From assembly GCA_026986435.1 (NCBI GenBank), contig JALSOP010000035.1:1-57163 (forward strand): a DNA stretch of 57,163 nt, given 5' to 3'. Positions 9,558 to 18,060 of the stretch are shown one piece after another. Under the pieces are notes generated by a model, which was given only the letters and a program-made list of their open reading frames with translations, had not been told where the DNA came from and did not search any database. The DNA comes from Desulfurococcales archaeon. GTDB lineage: Archaea; Thermoproteota; Thermoprotei_A; Sulfolobales; NBVN01. Within the stretch, counting starts at the first letter, position 1; every line of letters starts with the position of its first letter. A program made the position numbers and the translations under genes.

Positions 9558-10442
9558 TCATCGAGCCCTTCTCTCACTGTCCCCCCTAGGTGCTGGGACA
9601 GGGTATGGGAGGTACTCTATGTTTGGCCTGGAGGACCTTGCCTGCGGGTAGAGTTCCATGAGTTCGTAGATCTCAGGAGGAACCTCTGTCTTGACAGGGA
9701 TTCCCCACTTCTTCAGAATATCCACGGTTATCGGGTAGTCGTGCGTGTACTTACCGCTGACGAGTTCCTCAACTATCTTGTCTATTCTGTCCTCCGGGAC
9801 CTTCCCCTCGAGGAACTCCCGGACTAGGGCCTTCATCTGGTTAAGGGCCTTCTCGGCGACGTCGGCAAGTATTAGAGTCGTGTCAGACACCTTATCGACG
9901 CCCTTGAGCTGCACTGCCTTGACCACCGAGGGGGCGGGCATGTATATGCCGTTAGGCCCCATGAGCTGCGGGTCCAGCGGGCCGAGGGTGGCGTGCGGGT
10001 CCATGATTATCTCGTCCGCCGCCAGCGCTATTAGTGTGCCGCCTGACATTGCGTAGTGCGGTACCACGACCACCGTCTTAGCTGGGTGATCCTTTAGGGC
10101 CCTAGCTATCTGCGAGGCAGCCAGGACGAGCCCCCCGGGGGTATGGATCACGAACATTATCGGCTTGTCCTTAGGCGTCGTCCTTATAGCTCTAATGACT
10201 GCCTCCGAGTCCTCGATGTCGATGTACCTGTGTATAGGTATTCCGAAGAGCCCTACCTTTTCCTGTCTATGAATCATCGTGATGACTCTGTAGCCGTACT
10301 TCCGCTCGATCAGCGACATCAGCCTTAGCCTAGCAACCTTAACCGACCTCAGCGAAAGATAGGGGGAGAGCACTGCGAAGAGCAGTATGAACCAGAAGAG
10401 AAACCCTAGCAACGTATTGATTATGTCTATTTCGCTTGCCAT
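9558..10442 (-). CDS. Membrane-anchored ClpP-fold serine protease (SDH/DUF114-like family)
   Basis: 294 aa. N-terminal TM helix (LLGFLFWFILLFAVL), then IHTPGGLVLAASQIARAL and MSGGTLIALAADEI, typical of the ClpP/crotonase-fold protease family. Confidence 0.7.
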   Translation of the reverse strand: MASEIDIINTLLGFLFWFILLFAVLSPYLSLRSVKVARLRLMSLIERKYGYRVITMIHRQEKVGLFGIPIHRYIDIEDSEAVIRAIRTTPKDKPIMFVIHTPGGLVLAASQIARALKDHPAKTVVVVPHYAMSGGTLIALAADEIIMDPHATLGPLDPQLMGPNGIYMPAPSVVKAVQLKGVDKVSDTTLILADVAEKALNQMKALVREFLEGKVPEDRIDKIVEELVSGKYTHDYPITVDILKKWGIPVKTEVPPEIYELMELYPQARSSRPNIEYLPYPVPAPRGDSERRAR

Positions 10443-10567
10443 CGCTCTAACCCCTCAATAAGATAGATCTGAGCTAAGGATAAAAGAATATAGCGAATTA
10501 TGGGATGTGTTGTTAGAATTTTTGTGAATAATAGCTATTCTTTTAGAAAAACATTCTTACTTGGTCG

Positions 10568-10789
10568 TCAGATGGCTATCCAGCCGTTGTCCTTACGCTT
10601 GACCTTCCCCTCTTTCTTGAGCTGCTGGAGCCTGCCCCTAACAGTGTTGTAGTTCAGGCCAGTCGCTGCCACTATCTCCCTCACCGTGGCGGGCTTACCG
10701 ACCTTCCTCAGATACTCAAGTATGATCTCTTTGGCTATGGGCCTTCTCCTTCCTCTCGAACCGATCCTGGAGATGCTCATTTGGATCAC
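10568..10789 (-). CDS. Small winged-helix DNA-binding protein (hypothetical regulator)
   Basis: 73 aa, basic. ILEYLRKVGKPATVREIVAATGLNYNTVRGRLQQLKKEGKV resembles a wHTH. Embedded in an AT-rich islet. Confidence 0.5.
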   Translation of the reverse strand: MIQMSISRIGSRGRRRPIAKEIILEYLRKVGKPATVREIVAATGLNYNTVRGRLQQLKKEGKVKRKDNGWIAI

Positions 10790-10948
10790 CGGATCATCGG
10801 CACGAATTACCTATTTAATTGTTAATATATTCTAAGCGACATTAAAGCAGTTTTGAAATTGAATAAGAAATATATCTAACCGTAATATAAGGATCCGACA
10901 CGAAAACGAGATATTACACTGACCCAATCACTGTGTGGGTTATTTCTG

Positions 10949-11665
10949 GTGAGAGGTGCGGTAATAGCGTTCGAGGGTATAGACGGTGCAGGGAAGTACA
11001 CACAGGCAAGACTGCTTGCAGAGAGGATCAAGGAGATAGGCCTCGAGGCATCGATATTCTCTTACCCCGACTATAGTTCCCCTTACGGGGCACTGATCAG
11101 GTCCTTCCTGATGAAGAGGCTTGAGGTAGGGGCTAGGGAGCAGGCAATGCTGTACGCTGTCGATATGCTTAAGGACGTTGACAAGATACGCGGGCTCACT
11201 AGTGAGGGGAGGATAGTCCTCTTAGACAGGTACTTCCCCTCCATCATAGCGTATCAGTCAGCTGGCGGCGCAGGCTACGGCTTCGTTACCTCGATAGTCG
11301 CCGCTGCGTCACTCATAGTGCCCGATATCGTTGTTTACCTCGATATCTCTGTTGAGACGTCGCTAAACAGGACCCGTAAGAGAGGGGACGATCTGGACAA
11401 GTTTGAGGAGGATAAGTCCTTTCTGCTATCCGTTAAGGGTTTCTACGAGAGGCAGATGCGGGACAACCTATTCGATGTCTCCTGGGTAAGGATCGATGCC
11501 GAGAGCTCACCAGACGCTGTTCACCGCGTTGTGATGGAGGCTGTGGAACGTCTTCTGGGCGGTGTTAAGGGGAGGCTGAGGTATACGAATGAGGTTCTCA
11601 TGTCTTCCGAGCTGGGCAGGTACATTTCCAGGATTGCTGGGGCAGGGGGTGCGGCTGATAAATGA
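10949..11665 (+). CDS. tmk: Thymidylate (dTMP) kinase
   Basis: 238 aa, GTG start. P-loop IAFEGIDGAGKYTQ and a DRY motif (LLDRYFPS). Confidence 0.88.
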   Translation: MRGAVIAFEGIDGAGKYTQARLLAERIKEIGLEASIFSYPDYSSPYGALIRSFLMKRLEVGAREQAMLYAVDMLKDVDKIRGLTSEGRIVLLDRYFPSIIAYQSAGGAGYGFVTSIVAAASLIVPDIVVYLDISVETSLNRTRKRGDDLDKFEEDKSFLLSVKGFYERQMRDNLFDVSWVRIDAESSPDAVHRVVMEAVERLLGGVKGRLRYTNEVLMSSELGRYISRIAGAGGAADK

Positions 11666-11883
11666 CCCGTGAGCTAATTGAGATTAAGTACAGGGTTCTC
11701 CCCGAGATGCGTGAGGGCGTGGTTAGGCTGAGACCATCGTCGAGGGTTAGTGACCTGCTCAAGACCCTTGGGATTAGCCCAGACTCTGTTGTTGTGACCG
11801 TTGACGGAGAGGTCGTTGCGGAGGATTACGTGCTGAATGAATCGAGCGATGTAGTGATATATAGGGTGGTCTCAGGTGGCTAA
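11662..11883 (+). CDS. ThiS/MoaD/TtuB-type ubiquitin-like sulfur-carrier protein ending in Gly-Gly
   Basis: 73 aa ending in VVSGG followed by a stop (codons ggt ggc taa at 11875-11883). Overlaps tmk (ATGA) and the downstream PP-loop thiolase gene. Confidence 0.7.
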   Translation: MTRELIEIKYRVLPEMREGVVRLRPSSRVSDLLKTLGISPDSVVVTVDGEVVAEDYVLNESSDVVIYRVVSGG

Positions 11884-12844
11884 GTGCGCTAAGTGTGGCA
11901 GGCAAGCCGTCATTAGGATACCCTATGCAAGGATGTGGCTATGCAAGGATCACTTCATAGAGTTTTTTGAGACGCGGGTTCTCAAGGCGATCAGGAGGTA
12001 CGGGCTGGCGAAGAAAGGCGACAGGGTACTTGTTACTGTCTCGGGGGGCAAGGACTCCGCCGCCCTTCTCTCGGCAATGAAGAGGGCTGGGGAGGAGCTG
12101 GGTTTTGGGATAATCGCTCTTCACATAGATCTGGGCATAGGCGAGTACTCGAGAAGGAACAGGGAGGCCGTGAAGAGACTCGCCGCTCAGTTAGGGACGA
12201 AGCTCCTCGTCTTCGACGTGAAAGAGGTTCTCGGGATGAGCATACCTGAGATGGCGTTCATGAGTAGGAGGCCGCCCTGCTCCGTGTGCGGGCTGGTGAA
12301 GAGGTATGTCATCAACGCGGCCGCTGTGGAGCTAGGTGTTGACGCCGTTGCTCTGGGCCACAACATGGATGACATGATCGCCTACATCATGAAGGCCTTC
12401 ATAACCCAGGACATAAGCAACATACATAAGCTGGGCCCAAGGACAGAGAGCTTGAAAGGGGCTGTGGGCAGGATCAGGCCGCTGTACGACACCAGCGAGA
12501 GGGAGGCACTTGCCTACGCCCTCATGAAGGGACTGAGCTTCAACCACGCCGAGTGCCCTAACGCGGCACCAGAGTCAATAGAGAGGGAGGTGAAGGCATT
12601 CATGAGTTCCCTCGAGAGGAATCACCCATCGATAAAGGTTCAGCTAGTCCGCCGCTTCTATAAGAACCTAGTGAGTGGGGGCTACCGGGGAGGCGGTGAG
12701 ACGTCCGTCTCCAGGTGCCCTGTCTGCGGGCTCATATCTGATGGAGGCGTCTGCTCCTTCTGTAGGTTAACGAAGAAGCTTATTGGGAGATATGGCGGCC
12801 CTATCGTTAGGGAGTGGTTCTCTAAGGCCGGTAAAGGGCTGTGA
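11876..12844 (+). CDS. TtuA/NcsA (Ncs6/Ctu1) family tRNA 2-thiolation PP-loop ATPase
   Basis: 322 aa. N-terminal CAKCG...CKDH zinc finger, PP-loop SGGKDS, CSVCG, and C-terminal CPVCG...CSFC zinc finger. Confidence 0.85.
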   Translation: MAKCAKCGRQAVIRIPYARMWLCKDHFIEFFETRVLKAIRRYGLAKKGDRVLVTVSGGKDSAALLSAMKRAGEELGFGIIALHIDLGIGEYSRRNREAVKRLAAQLGTKLLVFDVKEVLGMSIPEMAFMSRRPPCSVCGLVKRYVINAAAVELGVDAVALGHNMDDMIAYIMKAFITQDISNIHKLGPRTESLKGAVGRIRPLYDTSEREALAYALMKGLSFNHAECPNAAPESIEREVKAFMSSLERNHPSIKVQLVRRFYKNLVSGGYRGGGETSVSRCPVCGLISDGGVCSFCRLTKKLIGRYGGPIVREWFSKAGKGL

Positions 12845-12893
12845 TGATATTCGCTAGGATCGATGGGTGAGAGAACGGCGGAGTCCTGAGCCC
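12836..12893 (+). ncRNA. Box C/D sRNA candidate
   Basis: GGGC-T-GTGATGA(C)-12 nt TATTCGCTAGGA-TCGA(D')-TGG-GTGAGAG(C', degenerate)-12 nt AACGGCGGAGTC-CTGA(D)-GCCC. Both guides are exactly 12 nt, and there is a 4-bp terminal stem GGGC/GCCC. Fills the convergent gap between ttuA-like and trmI. Confidence 0.55.
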
Positions 12894-13685
12894 TCAGATC
12901 ATCCGGAAGAAGACTATGTAGCCCGTGTGCCCAATCATGAAGCTCTCGGGCCTCAGGGCGTCGGATCTCGGCTGGTACTCCCTCATCAGTATCTCGTACA
13001 CGTGAATATCAACTCCGTACTTCCCCGCCCTCACGGCCTGCAGGAGCTTACTCACCTGGTTGGTTGTCGGCAGAAACACTATCACAGGGGAGGTGGGGGT
13101 TAGCGCCTCCTTAAGCACTGGCAGAACACCCCATGGGTCGGGGAGGTCGAGGAACGCCGCGTCAAGCCCCCTCTCATCCACGCCCTCCCTCACATCCCTC
13201 ACCTTTATTGTGACCCTGTGAGAGAGGCCGGCCAGCTCCAGGTTCCTCCTCGCCACCCTCGCGAAGTCCTCGCGCACCTCGTAACCGTACACATGGCCCT
13301 CATCACCCACGAAGTGCGCCAGGGTGGCGGTTAAGAAGCCTGTGCCAACGCCTGCCTCCAGCACCCTCGAGCCCGGGCCGATCCCGGAGAGTAGTACGAT
13401 GAAGCCCAGGTCCTTCGGGTATATCACCTGAGTTGCCCTCCTGAACCCCCGCATCAGGTAGTCGACCAGCAGAGGACGCATTACCCTAGCCCCGGTTCCC
13501 GTAGATGTTCTCACAGCGCTGCCGTACTCGAGGCCGACAATGTCCTCTAACTTGATGTACCCCTTGTCCGTCCCGTACTCCCCCTTCCCTGCCCTCACTA
13601 CCCTAGACCTGCGTCTGTCGATGTACACGAGCACCCGCTCGCCTTCCTTCACTACGGCTCGGTTCTGGCGTCTTTCATCACTCAT
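12894..13685 (-). CDS. trmI: tRNA (adenine58-N1)-methyltransferase TrmI/Gcd14 family
   Basis: 263 aa. N-terminal beta domain (GERVLVYIDRRR), then YPKDLGFIVLLSGIGPGSRVLEAGVGTGFLT (SAM motif I) and AFLDLPDPW. Confidence 0.82.
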   Translation of the reverse strand: MSDERRQNRAVVKEGERVLVYIDRRRSRVVRAGKGEYGTDKGYIKLEDIVGLEYGSAVRTSTGTGARVMRPLLVDYLMRGFRRATQVIYPKDLGFIVLLSGIGPGSRVLEAGVGTGFLTATLAHFVGDEGHVYGYEVREDFARVARRNLELAGLSHRVTIKVRDVREGVDERGLDAAFLDLPDPWGVLPVLKEALTPTSPVIVFLPTTNQVSKLLQAVRAGKYGVDIHVYEILMREYQPRSDALRPESFMIGHTGYIVFFRMI

Positions 13686-13756
13686 TCAGAAATACCAGCC
13701 CTCCTCACAGCCGTATCCGAGAGGGTTAAAGAGGTTTAAGTTAATAAGGGAGTGCC

Positions 13757-13969
13757 TCACGCAATCTCTACCTTCTTCACCACTAGGTGCTCGTCCCTCT
13801 CCGCTATCTTTGATGGTGAGAAGACCTTGATGTCCCAGAGCTCCCTCATGAGGAGGTCCCTTATGGCCGTCCTTATGACCTCCGACCTGCTGGAGTACCT
13901 CCCGTTCCTCACGAGCTCGTCTATACCCTCAACATATATTTCGGGCATCTTGACCGTGACTAGCTTCAC
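13757..13969 (-). CDS. Ribbon-helix-helix (CopG/Arc/MetJ) DNA-binding protein
   Basis: 70 aa. [37 protein letters not shown] fits the beta-alpha-alpha RHH pattern. Confidence 0.7.
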   Translation of the reverse strand: MKLVTVKMPEIYVEGIDELVRNGRYSSRSEVIRTAIRDLLMRELWDIKVFSPSKIAERDEHLVVKKVEIA

Positions 13970-14030
13970 GTGCCTGCACCGCTTATCTGATGTGGACTTA
14001 AGATGCTAAAAGACCGGACTCCCCCGCGTC

Positions 14031-14040
14031 ACATATAAGG
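14031..14040 (+). promoter_or_regulatory. TATA-box-like element upstream of the S25e gene
   Basis: ACATATAAGG lies 35-44 nt upstream of the ATG at 14075. Confidence 0.4.
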
Positions 14041-14074
14041 CTCCTTTGTTGTGAGTGTATTCGGTGCGCGTGGT

Positions 14075-14338
14075 ATGGCGAAGAAAAAGAAGGGGGGAAG
14101 TGAGGGTGGAAGAGGCCCTGTGGTAACGTATCAGAGGGTTGATGAGTCACTCATTCGTAGGGCTGCTGGCGCAGTGAGGAGGATGGATGTGGTCACCCAG
14201 AATTCCTTGGCTCAAGAGCTGGGGATCAGGGTTTCGCTGGCTAAGGCGGTTATGAGGGAGCTAGTAAGGCAAGGCGTTCTCCAGGTCGTGCTCAAGAGCA
14301 GTAAGCTGATAATTGCGACTCCAGCGGGGAAGAAGTGA
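14075..14338 (+). CDS. rps25e: Ribosomal protein S25e
   Basis: MAKKKKGGSEGG Lys-rich N-terminus, then a winged helix (LAQELGIRVSLAKAVMRELVRQGVLQVV) like eS25. The track ORF starts at GTG 14051; I prefer the ATG at 14075. Confidence 0.7.
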   Translation: MAKKKKGGSEGGRGPVVTYQRVDESLIRRAAGAVRRMDVVTQNSLAQELGIRVSLAKAVMRELVRQGVLQVVLKSSKLIIATPAGKK

Positions 14339-14368
14339 GAACGATAAATAATTCAACGCACCGCTTTA

Positions 14369-14590
14369 TCATAGCTTGTATATGTCCTCAAGCACCTTCT
14401 CCCTGACCGCTGACGGGAGTTCCTCCACCTTAACAATCTTCGCAGTATACGGCGGCTTTTTCGTGAGGGGGCCGACAACGATGTACTTCTCCGGGTCCGT
14501 GTCCTTGACACCCTTAAGGACCCTGGCCTTAACGTACTTGCCCTTCTCAAGCTGTATGTAGACGTACTTACCGTGCTTGAGACCCATCAC
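14369..14590 (-). CDS. Small Lys-rich hypothetical protein (possible SH3/KOW-like beta-barrel)
   Basis: 73 aa with natural composition, about 18% Lys, and a GKYVYIQLEKGKYVKARVLKG pattern. No family recognised. Confidence 0.5.
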   Translation of the reverse strand: MMGLKHGKYVYIQLEKGKYVKARVLKGVKDTDPEKYIVVGPLTKKPPYTAKIVKVEELPSAVREKVLEDIYKL

Positions 14591-14618
14591 CGCTCACCGA
14601 AGGCTCTAAGGTCGTGGA

Positions 14619-14638
14619 ACATATAAGCGTTTTAGGTT
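14619..14638. promoter_or_regulatory. Shared divergent promoter region (two TATA-like elements)
   Basis: ACATATAAGCGTTTTAGG. The reverse complement GCTTATAT lies about 31-41 nt upstream of the 14590/14587 start. TTTTAGG lies about 34-40 nt upstream of the udg start at 14670. Confidence 0.35.
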
Positions 14639-14669
14639 CGCCTAAGGAATACATCAAAGGTACTGGCGA

Positions 14670-15347
14670 ATGCCAGGCACGGGCAATAAGCTCAAGGAGT
14701 GGGAGAGACTTGTTACCGCCATAAAGTCCTGCCGCAAGTGCAGACTCGCGGAGAACAGAAGAAACGCTGTCCCGGGCGAAGGAAACCTGGACGCCGCCGT
14801 CCTCTTCCTGGGTGAGGCCCCTGGGAGGATGGAGGATCTTGAGGGCCGGCCCTTCGTAGGGGCCGCGGGGCGGTTGCTCAACAGGCTCCTCAAGGGGATA
14901 GGGCTGAAGAGGGAGGACGTATTCATAACTAATGTGGTGAAGTGCAGGCCCCCTAACAATAGGGACCCTAAGGAAGATGAGGTTGAGGCGTGCAGGCCAT
15001 TCACTGAGTCCATAATAAGGCTCGTCTCACCGAGGGTTATTGTTACCCTGGGTAACCACGCCGGCAAGTTCCTCATCGAGGGATATGGAGGCGGGAGGTG
15101 GAGGGGCATCACTGCTGAGCATGGGCGCGTGAGGAGGGTTAGGGTAAAGGGCGCTGAGGTAGTTGTTATCCCAACCTACCATCCCGCAGCCGCTCTCTAC
15201 AACCCTAAGCTGTTGCCTACCATAGAGAACGACTTTAAGATTGTTAAGTCAGTATTGGAAAAGGAGGAAAGCACTGAGGAGGGACAGGGCCTTCTTAAGT
15301 GGTTGAGGGGTGGTTCCGTTGAGGGAAAAAGAGGGCTCGGCCCGTGA
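14670..15347 (+). CDS. udg: Uracil-DNA glycosylase, family 4 (Fe-S, thermostable type)
   Basis: 225 aa. CRKCRL, GEGNLDAAVLFLGEAPG..ED..GRPFVGAAG, ITNVVKCRPPNNRDP..E..AC and TYHPAA. Confidence 0.9.
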   Translation: MPGTGNKLKEWERLVTAIKSCRKCRLAENRRNAVPGEGNLDAAVLFLGEAPGRMEDLEGRPFVGAAGRLLNRLLKGIGLKREDVFITNVVKCRPPNNRDPKEDEVEACRPFTESIIRLVSPRVIVTLGNHAGKFLIEGYGGGRWRGITAEHGRVRRVRVKGAEVVVIPTYHPAAALYNPKLLPTIENDFKIVKSVLEKEESTEEGQGLLKWLRGGSVEGKRGLGP

Positions 15348-15762
15348 GGAGGTTATCGAGTACCTTAAGAAGAAGATCAGGTGGTTAGAGAAGCGACTGC
15401 AGATGTACAGAACTATGCTGGCCCTCCTCGAGGGTAGGGAGGAGGGGGTGGGTGGGGAGTACGAGAAGATCTCCCTTATATCACAGGGCGATGAGGTCAT
15501 AGCGAGCCTCGCTAAGTCAGGCAGTAACTACAGATTCATCATCACCAGTAACATACCGGTTGATTCCCCGGAGGTGCAGTCCTTCCTTGTCCCGCAGCTG
15601 AACGATCTTCAGAGGGCCGGGCTCATAAAATCATTCAACATCCGCGAGAGGGAGAACGGGCAGCTCGCGGAGATCGATGTGCTTGGCGTCCGGAGCGAGT
15701 ACGCTATCAAGCAGGTCATCTCAGCCCTCCAATACGTGTGGGTGAAGACAAGGCAGAGGTGA
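15310..15762 (+). CDS. Hypothetical protein (N-terminal coiled coil)
   Basis: 150 aa with plausible composition. The start is uncertain; it overlaps the udg 3' end. No family recognised. Confidence 0.4.
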   Translation: MVPLREKEGSAREEVIEYLKKKIRWLEKRLQMYRTMLALLEGREEGVGGEYEKISLISQGDEVIASLAKSGSNYRFIITSNIPVDSPEVQSFLVPQLNDLQRAGLIKSFNIRERENGQLAEIDVLGVRSEYAIKQVISALQYVWVKTRQR

Positions 15763-15820
15763 CCCTCAGAGTAACACTGATCAGGCACCGATACCTTCTT
15801 GCCGGGTTCTCATCACGGGG
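15762..15820 (-). ncRNA. Weak box C/D sRNA candidate
   Basis: The minus strand reads CCCC-GTGATGA(C)-40 nt-CTGA(D)-GGG. Terminal C and D boxes and a short CCC/GGG stem are present, but internal D'/C' boxes are not recognisable. Confidence 0.3.
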
Positions 15821-15871
15821 CCACTATTCCTATTTTACCCTGGTTAAAGTCTCTCATTTTGGTAGGTAGCG

Positions 15872-17653
15872 TTGCTGTTCCGCGTAGTTGCCGAGACATT
15901 AAGCAAGATAGAGGCCATAACCTCCAGGACCGCCATAACCGAGCTACTCGCCAACCTGTTTCGGAAGACCGATCCGGAGGTGATCGATAAGGTCGTTTAC
16001 CTGATCCAGGGCAAGCTCTGGCCTGACTGGAAGGGGCTGCCCGAGCTGGGGGTCGGTGAGAAGCTACTGATAAAAGCGATAGCGAAGGCGGCAGGTGCCA
16101 GGGAGTCGGAGGTCGAGTCACTGTATAAGAAACTGGGTGACCTCGGCAAGGTCGCCGAGACCCTAAAGAGCAGGAAGGCCGGGGGCGGCGGGCTGGCCAG
16201 GTTCCTCTCAGGTGCCACTAACGCCTTGACGGTCAACAGGGTTTACGAAACGCTGAAACGGGTTGCCCTAGCGATGGGCGAGGGCAGCAGGGACCTCAAG
16301 ATCTCATTGATAAGCGGCCTACTCATTGACGCTGAACCCATTGAGGCGAGGTATATAGTCAGGTTCGTTGAGGGGCGCGGGAGAATAGGGGTCGGTGACG
16401 CCACTATAATGGACGCCTTAGCAATAGCCTATGGTGGCGGCACCGCCGCGAGGCCCATAATAGAGAGGGCGTACAACATCCGGGCCGACCTGGGTGAGGT
16501 CGCCCGTATCCTCGTGAGGGAGGGGCTTAAGGCTCTTGAAAAGCTAACACCTGAGGTCGGCGTTCCCATAAGGCCCATGCTCGCTGAGAGGCTCAACGAT
16601 CCTAGGGAGATCCTGGCGAAGGTTGGTGGGAGAGGAATGGTTGAGTACAAGTATGACGGCGAGAGAGCACAGATCCATAAGAAAGGGAACGAGGTCGTCA
16701 TCTATTCGCGAAGGCTCGAGAACATAACGCATCAGTACCCGGACGTCGTGGAGGCCGTACGGGAGAGGGTGAAGAGCAAGGAAGCAATAATAGAGGGCGA
16801 GATAGTCGCTGTAGACCCCGAGACGAGGGAGATGAAGCCCTTTCAGGAGCTGATGCACCGCAAGAGAAAGCACGATATCCACGAGGCCATAAAGGAGTAC
16901 CCCGTCACCGTGTTCCTCTTCGACGCCCTCTTCAATGAGGGGGAGGACCTCACGATCAAGCCCCTCCCGAAGAGGAGGGCCGTGCTGGAGAAGATCGTTG
17001 AGCCAGACGAGACTATCCAGTTATCGCAGTACATAGTCACCGACGACCCAGAGGAGTTGGAAAAGTTCTTCTTAGAAGCAATAGAGAACGGTGCCGAAGG
17101 GGTCATGGTTAAGGCAATACACAAGGACTCCATCTACAGAGCAGGTGCCAGAGGCTGGCTATGGATCAAGTACAAGAGGGACTACAAGAGCGAGATGATA
17201 GACACAGTAGACTTGGTAGTTATTGGCGCATTTGCTGGGAGAGGTAGGAGGGCCGGGACATACGGTGCCCTACTCATGGCAGCCTACGACCCCGATGCCG
17301 ACCTATTCCGCAGCGTCTGCAAAGTCGGGAGCGGCTTCACTGACAAGGACCTGGCTGAGCTACCGGAGATACTTAAGCCCTATATACGGCAATCAAAACC
17401 CAGGAACGTTGACTCACTTATGAAGCCCGACGTGTGGATCGAGCCGGCTCTAGTAGCGGAGATAATAGGGGCTGAACTCACACTATCTCCCCTACACACT
17501 TGCTGCAGGGACGAGGTGAGGAAAGGGACCGGCATATCGATCAGGTTCCCGAGGTTCATCAGGTGGAGGGACGATAAGGGGCCGACGGATGCCACGACAA
17601 CGAAGGAGCTCCTGGAGATGTACAAGTCCCAGCTCAAGAAGATTTCCGAGTAG
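15872..17653 (+). CDS. lig: ATP-dependent DNA ligase
   Basis: 593 aa, TTG start. Adenylation motif EYKYDGERAQIH (KxDG), EGVMVK and LWIKYKRDY. Confidence 0.95.
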   Translation: MLFRVVAETLSKIEAITSRTAITELLANLFRKTDPEVIDKVVYLIQGKLWPDWKGLPELGVGEKLLIKAIAKAAGARESEVESLYKKLGDLGKVAETLKSRKAGGGGLARFLSGATNALTVNRVYETLKRVALAMGEGSRDLKISLISGLLIDAEPIEARYIVRFVEGRGRIGVGDATIMDALAIAYGGGTAARPIIERAYNIRADLGEVARILVREGLKALEKLTPEVGVPIRPMLAERLNDPREILAKVGGRGMVEYKYDGERAQIHKKGNEVVIYSRRLENITHQYPDVVEAVRERVKSKEAIIEGEIVAVDPETREMKPFQELMHRKRKHDIHEAIKEYPVTVFLFDALFNEGEDLTIKPLPKRRAVLEKIVEPDETIQLSQYIVTDDPEELEKFFLEAIENGAEGVMVKAIHKDSIYRAGARGWLWIKYKRDYKSEMIDTVDLVVIGAFAGRGRRAGTYGALLMAAYDPDADLFRSVCKVGSGFTDKDLAELPEILKPYIRQSKPRNVDSLMKPDVWIEPALVAEIIGAELTLSPLHTCCRDEVRKGTGISIRFPRFIRWRDDKGPTDATTTKELLEMYKSQLKKISE

Positions 17654-17668
17654 TTTTTACTGTGTGCT

Positions 17669-17977
17669 CTACCTCGAGACATATATCTGCACAGGCTCGC
17701 CAATAACCTGCCCGGGGACATTCCTGTTGAACCTCACGATGACGACATTATTTCTTCCGTGGGCATGCACCTTCACTATCTTGCCTACATATGAATTGCC
17801 CCACTGATCCTTGACGAGAACCTTCGCCCCTACAAGGCTGTCAACCCTCTTCATTACGGTGTCAATAACCCTTACGAGCACCTGGTTAGTATATTGTGTG
17901 TTCATACCTCTCCTATACCCTACCACGATACCGTGACCGAGCACAATGACATCTGGTGTTGCGGACATCGGCGTCAC
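17669..17977 (-). CDS. rpl35ae: Ribosomal protein L35Ae
   Basis: 102 aa. GIVVGYRRGMNTQYTNQVLVRV...GKIVKVHAHGRNNVVIVRFNRNVPGQVIG matches the eL33/L35Ae pattern. Confidence 0.8.
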   Translation of the reverse strand: MTPMSATPDVIVLGHGIVVGYRRGMNTQYTNQVLVRVIDTVMKRVDSLVGAKVLVKDQWGNSYVGKIVKVHAHGRNNVVIVRFNRNVPGQVIGEPVQIYVSR

Positions 17978-18060
17978 CTCAGGTTTCTGAGTTCGACGGG
18001 CTTATAACGATTATCTGTGTATATAAGTGCCCAACACTATCAGGCTGTGAGGACGTGGCG

